The position numbers and the translations under genes are program-made. The notes below the pieces were generated by a model. It did no database searches. It was not told the DNA's origin and saw only the letters and a program-made list of their open reading frames with translations. 64,000 nucleotides of DNA from an uncultured Bifidobacterium sp. (GTDB lineage Bacteria; Actinomycetota; Actinomycetes; Nanopelagicales; Nanopelagicaceae), in contig CAZWBQ010000005.1 in NCBI GenBank assembly GCA_964632545.1, positions 15,678 through 79,677 on the forward strand, written 5' to 3'. Within the stretch, counting starts at the first letter, position 1. Each line of letters begins with the position of its first letter. Shown in pieces: positions 10,100-20,084 of this stretch.

Positions 10100-10995
10100 T
10101 GCAACAGATAATTAACGCACTTTTAATTGGAATTAGTAATGGATTTATTTATAGTTTGATGGCGCTTGCGCTTGTACTAGTTTGGCGATCAACTAGAGTG
10201 ATTAATTTTGCACAAGCCGGCCAAGCGATTCTATCTACCTATGTTGCTTATGAAATAGTAACTAGAACTGATAATTTTATTTTAGCGTTCATCGGCGGCG
10301 TAATTGCTGGAGCGTTAGTTGGCGCATTAATTGAAATTCTATTGATGCGAACGCTCTTCAAACATGTAAGTGATGGTCCGGTCGCTGCGTTGGCACCAGT
10401 TATCGCATCGCTTGGATTATTAGGTTTGATTCGAAGTGTTATTGGAATGGTTTGGGGTAATGATCAAAAACCGTTCTTCCCACCAGTGTCACCTAATGGC
10501 TTTACTTTCGGCCATACAACCGTGCCATTTTCCCGCATGAATCTGCTGATAGTTGTTGGCGCTGCAACGGTCATGGTTATTTTTACGTTGATATTTCAAA
10601 AGAGCAATTTAGGACTTTCGCTTCGGGCTGCGGCATTCCAACCAGAAATTGCTCGATTAGCAGGAGTCAGAGTTGGTGCGATTCGCACAATCGGTTGGGT
10701 TTTCGCGGGAGCCGCTGGCGCAATTGCTGGAATTCTAATTTCACCAAATGATGCGATAACTCCTTATTCTCTTGATTCACTATTGATATTTGGATTCGTC
10801 GCTGCCGTGATTGGTGGACTTGAAAGTTTGACTGGTGCTGTGGTTGGTGGATTAACTCTTGGAATTGGTCTCTCGTTCATCCTTACTTATATCGGTACAT
10901 CACTTATTTTTCCAGCAACATTTGTCGTCTTAGCACTTGTGTTAATTATTCGACCACAAGGTTTATTCGGCAGCAAGGCGGCGCGAAATGCATAG
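10099..10995 (+). CDS. livH: HAAT-family ABC transporter permease, LivH type
   Basis: Polytopic membrane protein (298 aa) with a 1-nt overlap with the ATPase gene and LivH-like N-terminus (INAL..G...G.IY.L.A....). Confidence 0.85.
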   Translation: MQQIINALLIGISNGFIYSLMALALVLVWRSTRVINFAQAGQAILSTYVAYEIVTRTDNFILAFIGGVIAGALVGALIEILLMRTLFKHVSDGPVAALAPVIASLGLLGLIRSVIGMVWGNDQKPFFPPVSPNGFTFGHTTVPFSRMNLLIVVGAATVMVIFTLIFQKSNLGLSLRAAAFQPEIARLAGVRVGAIRTIGWVFAGAAGAIAGILISPNDAITPYSLDSLLIFGFVAAVIGGLESLTGAVVGGLTLGIGLSFILTYIGTSLIFPATFVVLALVLIIRPQGLFGSKAARNA

Positions 10996-11956
10996 TTTGC
11001 GTCGACTATTCTTATTTATATTTTCAACATTAATTTTATTGGCGCTTTCGTTAAAAGTTGAAGAGCTGCGAGTTTATCAAGGCGCTCAAATTGCAATTTA
11101 CGCGCTGGGTATTAGTTCAATAGTTTTGTTGACTGGATACTCAGGACAAGTTTCACTCGGTAACGGTGCTTTTATGGCAATTGGCGCGTACAGCGCAGCG
11201 CTTACTCAAATTCATTGGCATCTGCCGCTTTTCTTAACATTTGTTATCGGCACACTTTCTGCAGCACTTGCTGGTGCAATTTTGGGTGGCGGCGCGGCAC
11301 GGTTATCTGGACCTTATTTAGCGGGAGCAACGCTTGCGCTAGCAGTTGGCTTACCTACACTTGCTAATCAATTTACAATTCTTAATGGTGAAACCGGTTT
11401 GGATTACACTGCGGGCACACCACCTACATGGTTTGGCGAAAGCTTTACATTGTATAAATGGTTTTTTTGGATCGCTTTAGTAAATGTTTTGTTAATGATG
11501 TTCTTTCTTCGAAATATAACTTCAAGTAGATATGGCCGAACCTGGAAAGCGCTTCGCGGCAATCCAGTTGCAGCCCAACTTTCCGGCATCCAAGTTGGTA
11601 GATCTAAAGTCTTGGCTTTTACGATTAGCGCCGGGGTGGCTGGGCTGGCAGGCACCCTTTTAGGGATGATTGGCTTCGTTGGCCCAACCGGATTCCAGCT
11701 TGGACTCTCGTTTGCGCTCGTTACAGGCGCGGTTCTATCTGGCGTAACTAGCCTCGCAGGTAGCATGCTTGGGGCTGTAGTTCTGGTTGCGATTCCAGAG
11801 TTGGCCAGTGTCATTGCACATCGACTTGGCGATACTGAACGCGTAACCTCGAATTTGCCGGGCTTTATGATGAGCTTGTTATTGATTTTGACGGTGCTAT
11901 TTACCCCAAATGGCCCAGCAGAACAGATCAGGAAACATAAAGCACGGAAGCAGTAA
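10988..11956 (+). CDS. livM: HAAT-family ABC transporter permease, LivM type
   Basis: Polytopic membrane protein with GQVSLGNGAFMAIGAY, typical of LivM. It overlaps the preceding permease gene. Confidence 0.85.
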   Translation: MHSLRRLFLFIFSTLILLALSLKVEELRVYQGAQIAIYALGISSIVLLTGYSGQVSLGNGAFMAIGAYSAALTQIHWHLPLFLTFVIGTLSAALAGAILGGGAARLSGPYLAGATLALAVGLPTLANQFTILNGETGLDYTAGTPPTWFGESFTLYKWFFWIALVNVLLMMFFLRNITSSRYGRTWKALRGNPVAAQLSGIQVGRSKVLAFTISAGVAGLAGTLLGMIGFVGPTGFQLGLSFALVTGAVLSGVTSLAGSMLGAVVLVAIPELASVIAHRLGDTERVTSNLPGFMMSLLLILTVLFTPNGPAEQIRKHKARKQ

Positions 11957-11978
11957 ATCCCTCGATGAAAGGAAATAC

Positions 11979-13283
11979 ATGATCGGTTCAAAACGCAAAG
12001 GGTTCGGTGTAGTCACAACCGTAGCCATTGCAACCAGCGCACTGCTGATATCTGCGATTCCGGCGCATGCCGAAGTTGGAGTAAGTAGCAGCGAAATTAA
12101 ACTCGGAATTACTGTTCCGCAAACTGGCCCAGCGGCAACTGGATATAACAAAGTTGCGCCAGCCATGAAAGCATATTTCGCGTATGTAAATGCTAATGGT
12201 GGCGTAAATGGCCGCAAGATTAACTTGATCATTAAAGATGACAAGTACATTCCACAAGAAGCCATTAACATGACCAACGAATTAATTTTGAAAGATAAAG
12301 TAATGGCAATCGTTGGCGCGCTCGGAACCGCAAATAATTTAGCGGTTGCAAGCAAAGTACAGATTGCTAGCCGCGGCGTACCAAGCCTCTTTGTAAATAC
12401 TGGATATAGCGGGTTTGCGGATAAGAAGAAATTCCCAACAACTTTCGCACTATTTCCTTCATATGCAATGGAAGCAAAAGCCATCGCAACTTATGTGAAA
12501 GAAAACCTGCCAACTGCAAAAACTTGCGTACTGCTCCAGAACGATGATTTTGGTGCCGATGCTGCTGCTGGATTCAAAACTGGTGGATTAACTTTTACAG
12601 AAACTGTTAAGTATGTTTCCGGTACCCAGAGCTCAGCAACTGGACAAACTTGGGTCGGAAAATTTGCCGCTGCTAAGTGTGAAGTTGTAGTGCTATTCGG
12701 TGTAGGTACCGCTAACGCAATCGCACTCGGCGTTGCCGCTGCTGGTGGCTACAAGCCACAATGGATCCTTGGTTCAGTTGGTTCGGATGTCACAACTATC
12801 AAAGCCACGCTAAATAATCCACAAGCTACTGCGCTTATGAATGGCGCCATTGGTGCTTCATGGGCTCCAGATTCAGCTGATTTGACGGATGAATATGTAA
12901 AGCAATTCCGGGAAATCAACACTACTTATAACGCTGGCGCAGTCTTCGATAACAACGTAATGGTTGGTATGAGCGAAGGACTATTAATCGTGCAAGCACT
13001 TCGTGCAGCTGGTACAAATCCAACTCGTAAATCGCTGATTGCAGCGATTGAAAGTAAGGGATCAACCTTTGCTACAGCTGGTTATTCAGCTCTTGGATAC
13101 TCAGCAACAAGCCACGTTGGCCAAACTGGATTCTGGTTTGGTAAGTACAACCTCGCTGGCGAACTTAAGTCAGTAGATGGTAAGTACACCATGTACACAA
13201 CCGATTCAGCAGCTGGTCCAGTTGTAAAAGCTGAACAGAAGCGTCTGCCAATGCCAGCGAAAGGATTACCAAGTAACTCATGA
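11979..13283 (+). CDS. secreted type-I periplasmic binding protein (Leu/Ile/Val-binding family), ligand unknown
   Basis: Start moved to ATG 11979: AAAGGAAA RBS, no overlap with livM, and it yields signal peptide ..ALLISAIPAHA/EV. IKLGITVPQTGPAA..Y is typical of LivK-like binding proteins. Confidence 0.8.
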   Translation: MIGSKRKGFGVVTTVAIATSALLISAIPAHAEVGVSSSEIKLGITVPQTGPAATGYNKVAPAMKAYFAYVNANGGVNGRKINLIIKDDKYIPQEAINMTNELILKDKVMAIVGALGTANNLAVASKVQIASRGVPSLFVNTGYSGFADKKKFPTTFALFPSYAMEAKAIATYVKENLPTAKTCVLLQNDDFGADAAAGFKTGGLTFTETVKYVSGTQSSATGQTWVGKFAAAKCEVVVLFGVGTANAIALGVAAAGGYKPQWILGSVGSDVTTIKATLNNPQATALMNGAIGASWAPDSADLTDEYVKQFREINTTYNAGAVFDNNVMVGMSEGLLIVQALRAAGTNPTRKSLIAAIESKGSTFATAGYSALGYSATSHVGQTGFWFGKYNLAGELKSVDGKYTMYTTDSAAGPVVKAEQKRLPMPAKGLPSNS

Positions 13284-14971
13284 AAAATCTAATGAGCAAG
13301 AAAAATAAAGTCATTGCCTTCTTGGCATCAACATCGCTAGTAACTATGACAATGGTTGCGCTCCCAAGTGCAGCACATGCCGCAGATCCAACTTGTACAA
13401 ACCTTGTTGTTATCACGCAATGCGTTGGTGCAACATCTGATGGCGCACCGTATGTTGTACAAGTTCCAGCAAAATTTACTGGAACGCTATTTCTATTTTC
13501 ACACGGATACCGTCACTTTGTTGACATTCCTGCCGGAATTCCACTTGTTGGCGGCTACACCGTAACTAACACACCACAACCAGCTCCTGGTCGTACCGTG
13601 GCCGAAATTACTCAGGTTGCAACATCCATGCTTGGTAAGGGATATGCAGTTGCGGGTTCTGGCTTTGCTCGTCAAGGTTGGAACGTTGATAGCGGTTTAA
13701 AGACCAACGTCGAGTTAATTGGAATCATCAAAAAGCAGTTTCCAAAAGTTACCAAGGTTGTTGCTTGGGGCGAATCACTTGGTGGATTTATTACCCAAGC
13801 GCTCGCTGAAAAGTATCCAACCCTGGTAAACGCCGCTGCGCCGCTATGTATGGCAGCTGGATCTGTTGAAGCTGAATTAACAATGGCTGGCGATGCGATT
13901 TGGGGCTTGAAGACTTTCTTCGATCCAACAATTGTGGGCAGTAATTACGCAGCTGGTGCTGCCGGTTATGCGCAAGCAATGGGCGATATCGTAAAAGTTC
14001 TTACAGTATTAGGAACTTTGCAAGCTGCAATTGCTGCAAACCCAACTGCACCTGCATGGCCAGCAACTTCAAAAGTGCCGGACTCAATTAAGGCAATTCC
14101 ATCTCGCTCCGCACTTGTATTAGTCGGCGTGATGTCTGGAATTCCAACTCAGAGTTCCCACTTTGATAACTCAACTGGTCCTGGCGACCCAACATCGTCT
14201 GCCGCTGCAGCATCTGCTTATGTTTCATTTGCAGCTGCAATTTCGCCAGCGCTCGGTACTCTAGAAAATATTGCTACCTCAGCAATTTTAGGCATCATGG
14301 CAACTTACGATGTTGAATTGCAAACTGGCGGCACAGTATTTGATAACACAAAGACTGATTACGCGGCTCGTTTAGGTAGCGATCTTTATACCTATGGCTC
14401 TGCGCTAAGCGGTCTTGATGCAGCAAGTGGAATGTTGGCTTACTTAAGCCCACTTAATCCAGCTGCACCACGTGTAACAGGTAACGCAAAAGCAATTGAA
14501 AAGTTGCACGCCCTGGTATCACATACTGGAAAAATTAATGTGCCAACAATTGCATTAGGCGCGGTTGCAGATCCAGCAACTCCACTAGGCAACGTGCAAT
14601 GGTTAGCAGATCGTGCTGCAGAACAATTAACTGTTTCACGTGCTGCAGCTAAAGCTGCTTACTTAGCTGGTGGCACATATGTAAAGCCAACTAGCAACTT
14701 CATGGCGATTTTGCAGAAGACTCCTGCCAAGTACTCAAAGTACTCGGCTACTGGATCTCCTGATACAACGCCTGCTGCTGCAAATGGCACAACACATTGC
14801 AACACCACACCTGCTCAGAATTTAGCAATTGCAGATTTAGCTTATGCAGCTGCTAATACTGGACAACTAGTTGTTGGCGGAAAGTTGCTTACAACTCTCC
14901 GTAAAGCTGGCGGTCTTTCATACGACCCTGGCTTCAAAGCGCCACTACTTAAGTTCTATAACCAAGGTTAA
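13280..14971 (+). CDS. secreted alpha/beta-hydrolase-fold protein with a large lid insertion, subfamily unknown
   Basis: ATGA overlap with the binding-protein gene. Signal peptide ends ..PSAAHA/ADP. Nucleophile elbow is WGESLGG (Ser166), with candidate acid AVADP (Asp431) and His in GTTHCN (His506). Confidence 0.55.
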   Translation: MKNLMSKKNKVIAFLASTSLVTMTMVALPSAAHAADPTCTNLVVITQCVGATSDGAPYVVQVPAKFTGTLFLFSHGYRHFVDIPAGIPLVGGYTVTNTPQPAPGRTVAEITQVATSMLGKGYAVAGSGFARQGWNVDSGLKTNVELIGIIKKQFPKVTKVVAWGESLGGFITQALAEKYPTLVNAAAPLCMAAGSVEAELTMAGDAIWGLKTFFDPTIVGSNYAAGAAGYAQAMGDIVKVLTVLGTLQAAIAANPTAPAWPATSKVPDSIKAIPSRSALVLVGVMSGIPTQSSHFDNSTGPGDPTSSAAAASAYVSFAAAISPALGTLENIATSAILGIMATYDVELQTGGTVFDNTKTDYAARLGSDLYTYGSALSGLDAASGMLAYLSPLNPAAPRVTGNAKAIEKLHALVSHTGKINVPTIALGAVADPATPLGNVQWLADRAAEQLTVSRAAAKAAYLAGGTYVKPTSNFMAILQKTPAKYSKYSATGSPDTTPAAANGTTHCNTTPAQNLAIADLAYAAANTGQLVVGGKLLTTLRKAGGLSYDPGFKAPLLKFYNQG

Positions 14972-14994
14972 TAGAACTTAATCGAACCGATCAT

Positions 14995-15031
14995 GTGAAG
15001 GGGCCTAGGAAACTAGGCCCCTTCACTATTT
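14995..15031 (+). terminator. rho-independent terminator after the liv/hydrolase operon
   Basis: Perfect 14-bp stem GTGAAGGGGCCTAG / CTAGGCCCCTTCAC with a GAAA loop, followed by TATTT. Confidence 0.75.
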
Positions 15032-15046
15032 GGGTAACCTTCGCAA

Positions 15047-15493
15047 GTGATTGAGATTTCCTCTCCTGCGGCAATGCGCGAATTTGGCGCATCACTTGGA
15101 GCGCAATTGCGTGCCGGTGATTTAATAGTTTTACAAGGGCCACTTGGCGCTGGAAAGACCGCGCTAACTCAAGGAATTGGCAGCGCGTTAGGTTTTGATC
15201 AAATAACTTCACCAACTTTTGTAATCTCGAGAGTTCATAACGGCGCACTTCCATTAATTCACGTAGACGCTTATCGCTTACTTGGCAACGCAAATTCTGC
15301 TTTTGAGTTTGATGATCTAGATTTAGCAACCCAACGCGAAAGCGCCGTCACCGTTATTGAATGGGGCGCTGAAGTAGCGCTGCGATTAGGCGAAGATTAT
15401 TTACTTCTCGATATTACATACGGCAATAGCGATGATGCACGAACTATCAAAATATCTAAATTTGGCGCTCGTTGGAATGAAGTAAAGCTATGA
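15047..15493 (+). CDS. tsaE: tRNA t6A37 biosynthesis ATPase TsaE
   Basis: GTG start; L.G.LGAGKT..T.G, SPTF and H.D.YR motifs; lies in the conserved tsaE-tsaB-rimI-tsaD block. Confidence 0.85.
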   Translation: MIEISSPAAMREFGASLGAQLRAGDLIVLQGPLGAGKTALTQGIGSALGFDQITSPTFVISRVHNGALPLIHVDAYRLLGNANSAFEFDDLDLATQRESAVTVIEWGAEVALRLGEDYLLLDITYGNSDDARTIKISKFGARWNEVKL

Positions 15494-16059
15494 GCGCATT
15501 AGTTATAGATACTGCGACCGATAGAACTTCGGTAGGAATTTTTAAAGATGGCGTTGAAGTTTTTTACGCTTTTCATGATGGCGCAATGGCCCATGGCGAA
15601 GCGCTCCCGAAGTTAGTTTCGGATGGTTTAAAAACAGAGCTAAATATTTCGCAAGTAATTGTCGGAATGGGGCCAGGTCCGTTCACGGGACTTCGAGTCG
15701 GTATTGTTTTTGCGCAGACTTTTGCAACCGCAAGAAATATTCCTTGGGTAGGAGTTTCTACACTTGATGCAATTGCGCTTGGTATTAGAGAGAATGAATT
15801 TATTGTGGCCTCCAATGCGCGTCGAAAAGAGATTTACTGGGCTAAGTACTTAAATGGCGTAAGAACAATTGGACCATTAGTTGCAAAACCAGAAGCGCTT
15901 ACAGAATATCGTGAGCCAAAATTTGGATTTGGGTTTACTAGCGAACTTTCACCGCACCCCAAAGATTTACTTAAACTCTCCAGTGAAATTAAAAATCATC
16001 ATTTAGAGCCAATGTATTTGCGAAACCCAGATGCAGTTCCAACGATAGAGCGCAAATGA
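15490..16059 (+). CDS. tsaB: tRNA t6A37 biosynthesis protein TsaB
   Basis: ATGA overlap; IDTAT......V..... and GPGPFTGLRVG motifs. Confidence 0.85.
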   Translation: MSALVIDTATDRTSVGIFKDGVEVFYAFHDGAMAHGEALPKLVSDGLKTELNISQVIVGMGPGPFTGLRVGIVFAQTFATARNIPWVGVSTLDAIALGIRENEFIVASNARRKEIYWAKYLNGVRTIGPLVAKPEALTEYREPKFGFGFTSELSPHPKDLLKLSSEIKNHHLEPMYLRNPDAVPTIERK

Positions 16060-16511
16060 TTACATATCGTGAGATGGTGATTTTTGATTTAGGAGCAGTG
16101 CAAGCAATGGAGCGCGCGGTTTATCCTGACGATGCTTGGTCGTTAGCGCAATTTAAAGAGGAGTTAGCTGGAGCGCCGCGGAATCGTTTCTATATCGTTG
16201 CATGCGAAGGCCAAGAGATTGTCGGCTACGCGGGTATCGCGATTACTCAAGACGTTGCCGATATTCATACGCTGACGGTCGAACCTAATTATCGTCGCCG
16301 CGGAATCGGAAAAGAGTTGCTCCATCAGATTGAAGATTGGGCGATCAACCGTGGCGCGCTATCTCTGATGCTTGAAATGCGGGTAGGTAATAGCCAAGCG
16401 CAACCGCTTTATGAAGCAGCTGGATATCAAGCAATTTCAGAGCGAAAGCATTATTACGGCACTGGAGTTCATGCCATCATCATGAAGAAATTGGTGCCAG
16501 ATGAAAAGTGA
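16056..16511 (+). CDS. rimI: ribosomal-protein-alanine N-acetyltransferase (GNAT)
   Basis: ATGA overlap; GNAT acetyl-CoA motif [13 protein letters not shown]; synteny between tsaB and tsaD. Confidence 0.8.
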   Translation: MITYREMVIFDLGAVQAMERAVYPDDAWSLAQFKEELAGAPRNRFYIVACEGQEIVGYAGIAITQDVADIHTLTVEPNYRRRGIGKELLHQIEDWAINRGALSLMLEMRVGNSQAQPLYEAAGYQAISERKHYYGTGVHAIIMKKLVPDEK

Positions 16512-17538
16512 GCCGCTGATATTAGGAATTGAAACTTCTTGTGATGAGACCGCTGTCGGAATTGTGCGCGGTCGAACGCTATTAGCAAATGTAATTTCTT
16601 CTAGCGTGGAAGAACATGCCCGATTTGGTGGCGTAGTTCCAGAAGTTGCATCTCGTGCACATTTAGAAGCGATGCAACCTGCAATTGCACAAGCGCTAAA
16701 AGAAAGTGGGATTGCGTTAACTGATATTGATGCAGTAGCGGTAACGGCAGGTCCAGGTTTAATTGGGGCACTTCTTGTTGGCGTATCTGCAGCTTCCGCG
16801 CTAGCGCTTGCGTTAGATAAACCGCTATTCGGTGTTAATCATTTGGCATCACATGTTGCAGTCGATGTATTAACACATTCCAAACCATTGCAACCAACAA
16901 TTGCACTCTTAGTTAGCGGTGGCCATTCATCGCTTTTAAAAATTGCAGATATAACCGGTGGTATAACTTCACTTGGTCAAACCATGGATGATGCCGCTGG
17001 TGAAGCATTTGATAAAATTGCGCGGGTGCTTGGTTTAGGTTTTCCAGGAGGCCCACTAATTGATAGCGATGCAAAAGCTGGTGATCGAAAAGCGATTACG
17101 TTCCCACGCGGTTTAACGCAAGCACCTGAAATGTTGACCCATCCCTTTGATTTTTCATTCTCTGGTTTAAAAACAGCGGTAGCTAGATATGTTGCAGCAA
17201 CGCCATCCGCAAAACGGGCTGATATTTCAGCTTCGTTCCAAGAAGCAGTTGTCGATGTATTAACCATGAAAGCAATCCGGGCATGCAAAGAGACCGGTAT
17301 CGAATCTTTGGTAATTGCTGGCGGGGTAGCGGCCAATTCCAGGCTCCGCGAGTTAGCGGGCGAACGGTGCGCCGCCAATGGGATCGAACTTCGGACCCCA
17401 CCACCTGCTTTATGTACCGATAACGGCGCAATGGTGGCCGCTTTAGGCTCGCTAGCGATGAGTTCTGGCCGTAAGCCATCGGAGATCGGGATCGCCGCAG
17501 CTTCCGCGGTCTCCGTCAGCCAGGCGATCTGGGCGTAA
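16501..17538 (+). CDS. tsaD: tRNA N6-adenosine threonylcarbamoyltransferase TsaD
   Basis: [11 protein letters not shown].., NHL.SH and GGVAAN motifs. Confidence 0.95.
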   Translation: MKSEPLILGIETSCDETAVGIVRGRTLLANVISSSVEEHARFGGVVPEVASRAHLEAMQPAIAQALKESGIALTDIDAVAVTAGPGLIGALLVGVSAASALALALDKPLFGVNHLASHVAVDVLTHSKPLQPTIALLVSGGHSSLLKIADITGGITSLGQTMDDAAGEAFDKIARVLGLGFPGGPLIDSDAKAGDRKAITFPRGLTQAPEMLTHPFDFSFSGLKTAVARYVAATPSAKRADISASFQEAVVDVLTMKAIRACKETGIESLVIAGGVAANSRLRELAGERCAANGIELRTPPPALCTDNGAMVAALGSLAMSSGRKPSEIGIAAASAVSVSQAIWA

Positions 17539-17547
17539 ATCCTCAAA

Positions 17548-17576
17548 TTGACCCTACGGAATAACCATCATAGATT
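17548..17576 (+). promoter_or_regulatory. candidate groES-groEL promoter (TTGACC-N17-TAGATT)
   Basis: -35 at 17548-17553 and -10 at 17571-17576. The predicted start falls at the first bases of the CIRCE-like element. Confidence 0.5.
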
Positions 17577-17581
17577 TGGCG

Positions 17582-17608
17582 TTAGCACTCTCAGGTCCAC
17601 ACTGCTAA
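17582..17608 (+). promoter_or_regulatory. CIRCE-like HrcA operator
   Basis: TTAGCACTC-N9-CACTGCTAA compared with the consensus TTAGCACTC-N9-GAGTGCTAA. The left arm is perfect and the right arm has 2 mismatches. It lies in the groES leader. Confidence 0.7.
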
Positions 17609-17678
17609 AGGGCAGGAATTCGGGCCGAGCATAAATTTCTCTAGGCAAACCTAGAAAAGAGATAAAAGGAGTACATCG

Positions 17679-19615
<1,937 letters not shown>

Positions 19616-19635
19616 TTGAAATAATTAAGGCGTTA

Positions 19636-19672
19636 AAAAACCCGAGTGGATCACCCACTCGGGTTTTTTATT
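19636..19672. terminator. bidirectional rho-independent terminator between groEL and whiB
   Basis: AAAAAA-CCCGAGTGG-(loop)-CCACTCGGG-TTTTTT. The stem is flanked by an A-run and a T-run, so it can serve both convergent genes. Confidence 0.75.
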
Positions 19673-19680
19673 TCAAACTT

Positions 19681-19983
19681 TTATGATGCTGTGAAGATTT
19701 TTCGATCTTGAGTACGTTCGATAATTGCAATTCTTTCATCTTCAGTTAAACCGCCCCAGATTCCATAAGGCTCTTGAACCGCAAGTGCATGAGCGCGGCA
19801 GGCAGCCACTACCGGGCAAGTTGCACAGACCGCTTTCGCCGCATTCTCGCGCGCTTTGCGACGGGGGCCGCGTTCGCCATCTGGATGGAAGAACATCTCG
19901 GAAGGTAGATCTCGACAAGCGCCTTGATATTGCCATTCCCATGAATCGGCAATTGGCTTAGGCAACCTAGAGAGTTCGGACAT
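19681..19983 (-). CDS. whiB: WhiB-family [4Fe-4S] transcription factor, WhiB3/WhiD-like
   Basis: Start set at the internal ATG (MSELSRLPKP..), giving 100 aa. W.WQ.QGACR....EMFFHPDGERG ... C..CPV...C ... GIWGG resembles WhiB3/WhiD. Its position next to groEL1 matches M. tuberculosis and Streptomyces. Confidence 0.85.
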   Translation of the reverse strand: MSELSRLPKPIADSWEWQYQGACRDLPSEMFFHPDGERGPRRKARENAAKAVCATCPVVAACRAHALAVQEPYGIWGGLTEDERIAIIERTQDRKIFTAS

Positions 19984-19990
19984 GAGTGAG

Positions 19991-20019
19991 AATATACAAC
20001 CGCGCCATAGGTTGTTCAA
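19991..20019 (-). promoter_or_regulatory. candidate whiB promoter TTGAAC-N17-TATATT, start about 7 nt downstream at the ATG (leaderless)
   Basis: Minus strand reads TTGAAC AACCTATGGCGCGGTTG TATATT CTCACTC ATG. There is no Shine-Dalgarno sequence before the ATG. Confidence 0.5.
19996..20015. promoter_or_regulatory. dyad ACAACC-N8-GGTTGT filling the whiB promoter spacer (candidate operator)
   Basis: Perfect 6-bp inverted arms at 19996-20001 and 20010-20015 span the -35 to -10 interval. Confidence 0.4.
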
Positions 20020-20028
20020 GTCTTTGAC

Positions 20029-20052
20029 CCACTTTTGACGCGTTTCAAGTGG
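20029..20052. promoter_or_regulatory. second 24-bp imperfect dyad CCACTT-..ACGCGT..-AAGTGG in the divergent intergenic region
   Basis: Outer 6-bp arms and the central ACGCGT palindrome are symmetric about position 20040/20041. Confidence 0.3.
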
Positions 20053-20084
20053 TGAGTTTGCTCTCAAAGCGAGAGTATTGGCAG

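Noticed and set aside
11404-12484. Two 195-aa minus-strand ORFs (11404-11991 and 11897-12484) antisense to livM and the binding-protein gene
   Set aside because: They are fully embedded antisense in genes with clear family motifs. Their translations are low-complexity (Ala/Pro/Ser/Thr-rich) with no recognisable domain or RBS. These are typical shadow ORFs.
14991-15329. 112-aa minus-strand ORF
   Set aside because: It overlaps the strong terminator hairpin and the tsaE coding region, and shows no family resemblance.
16977-17546. 189-aa minus-strand ORF antisense to tsaD (plus a nested 98-aa ORF)
   Set aside because: Shadow ORF of a highly conserved gene, with no motifs and no independent promoter or RBS.
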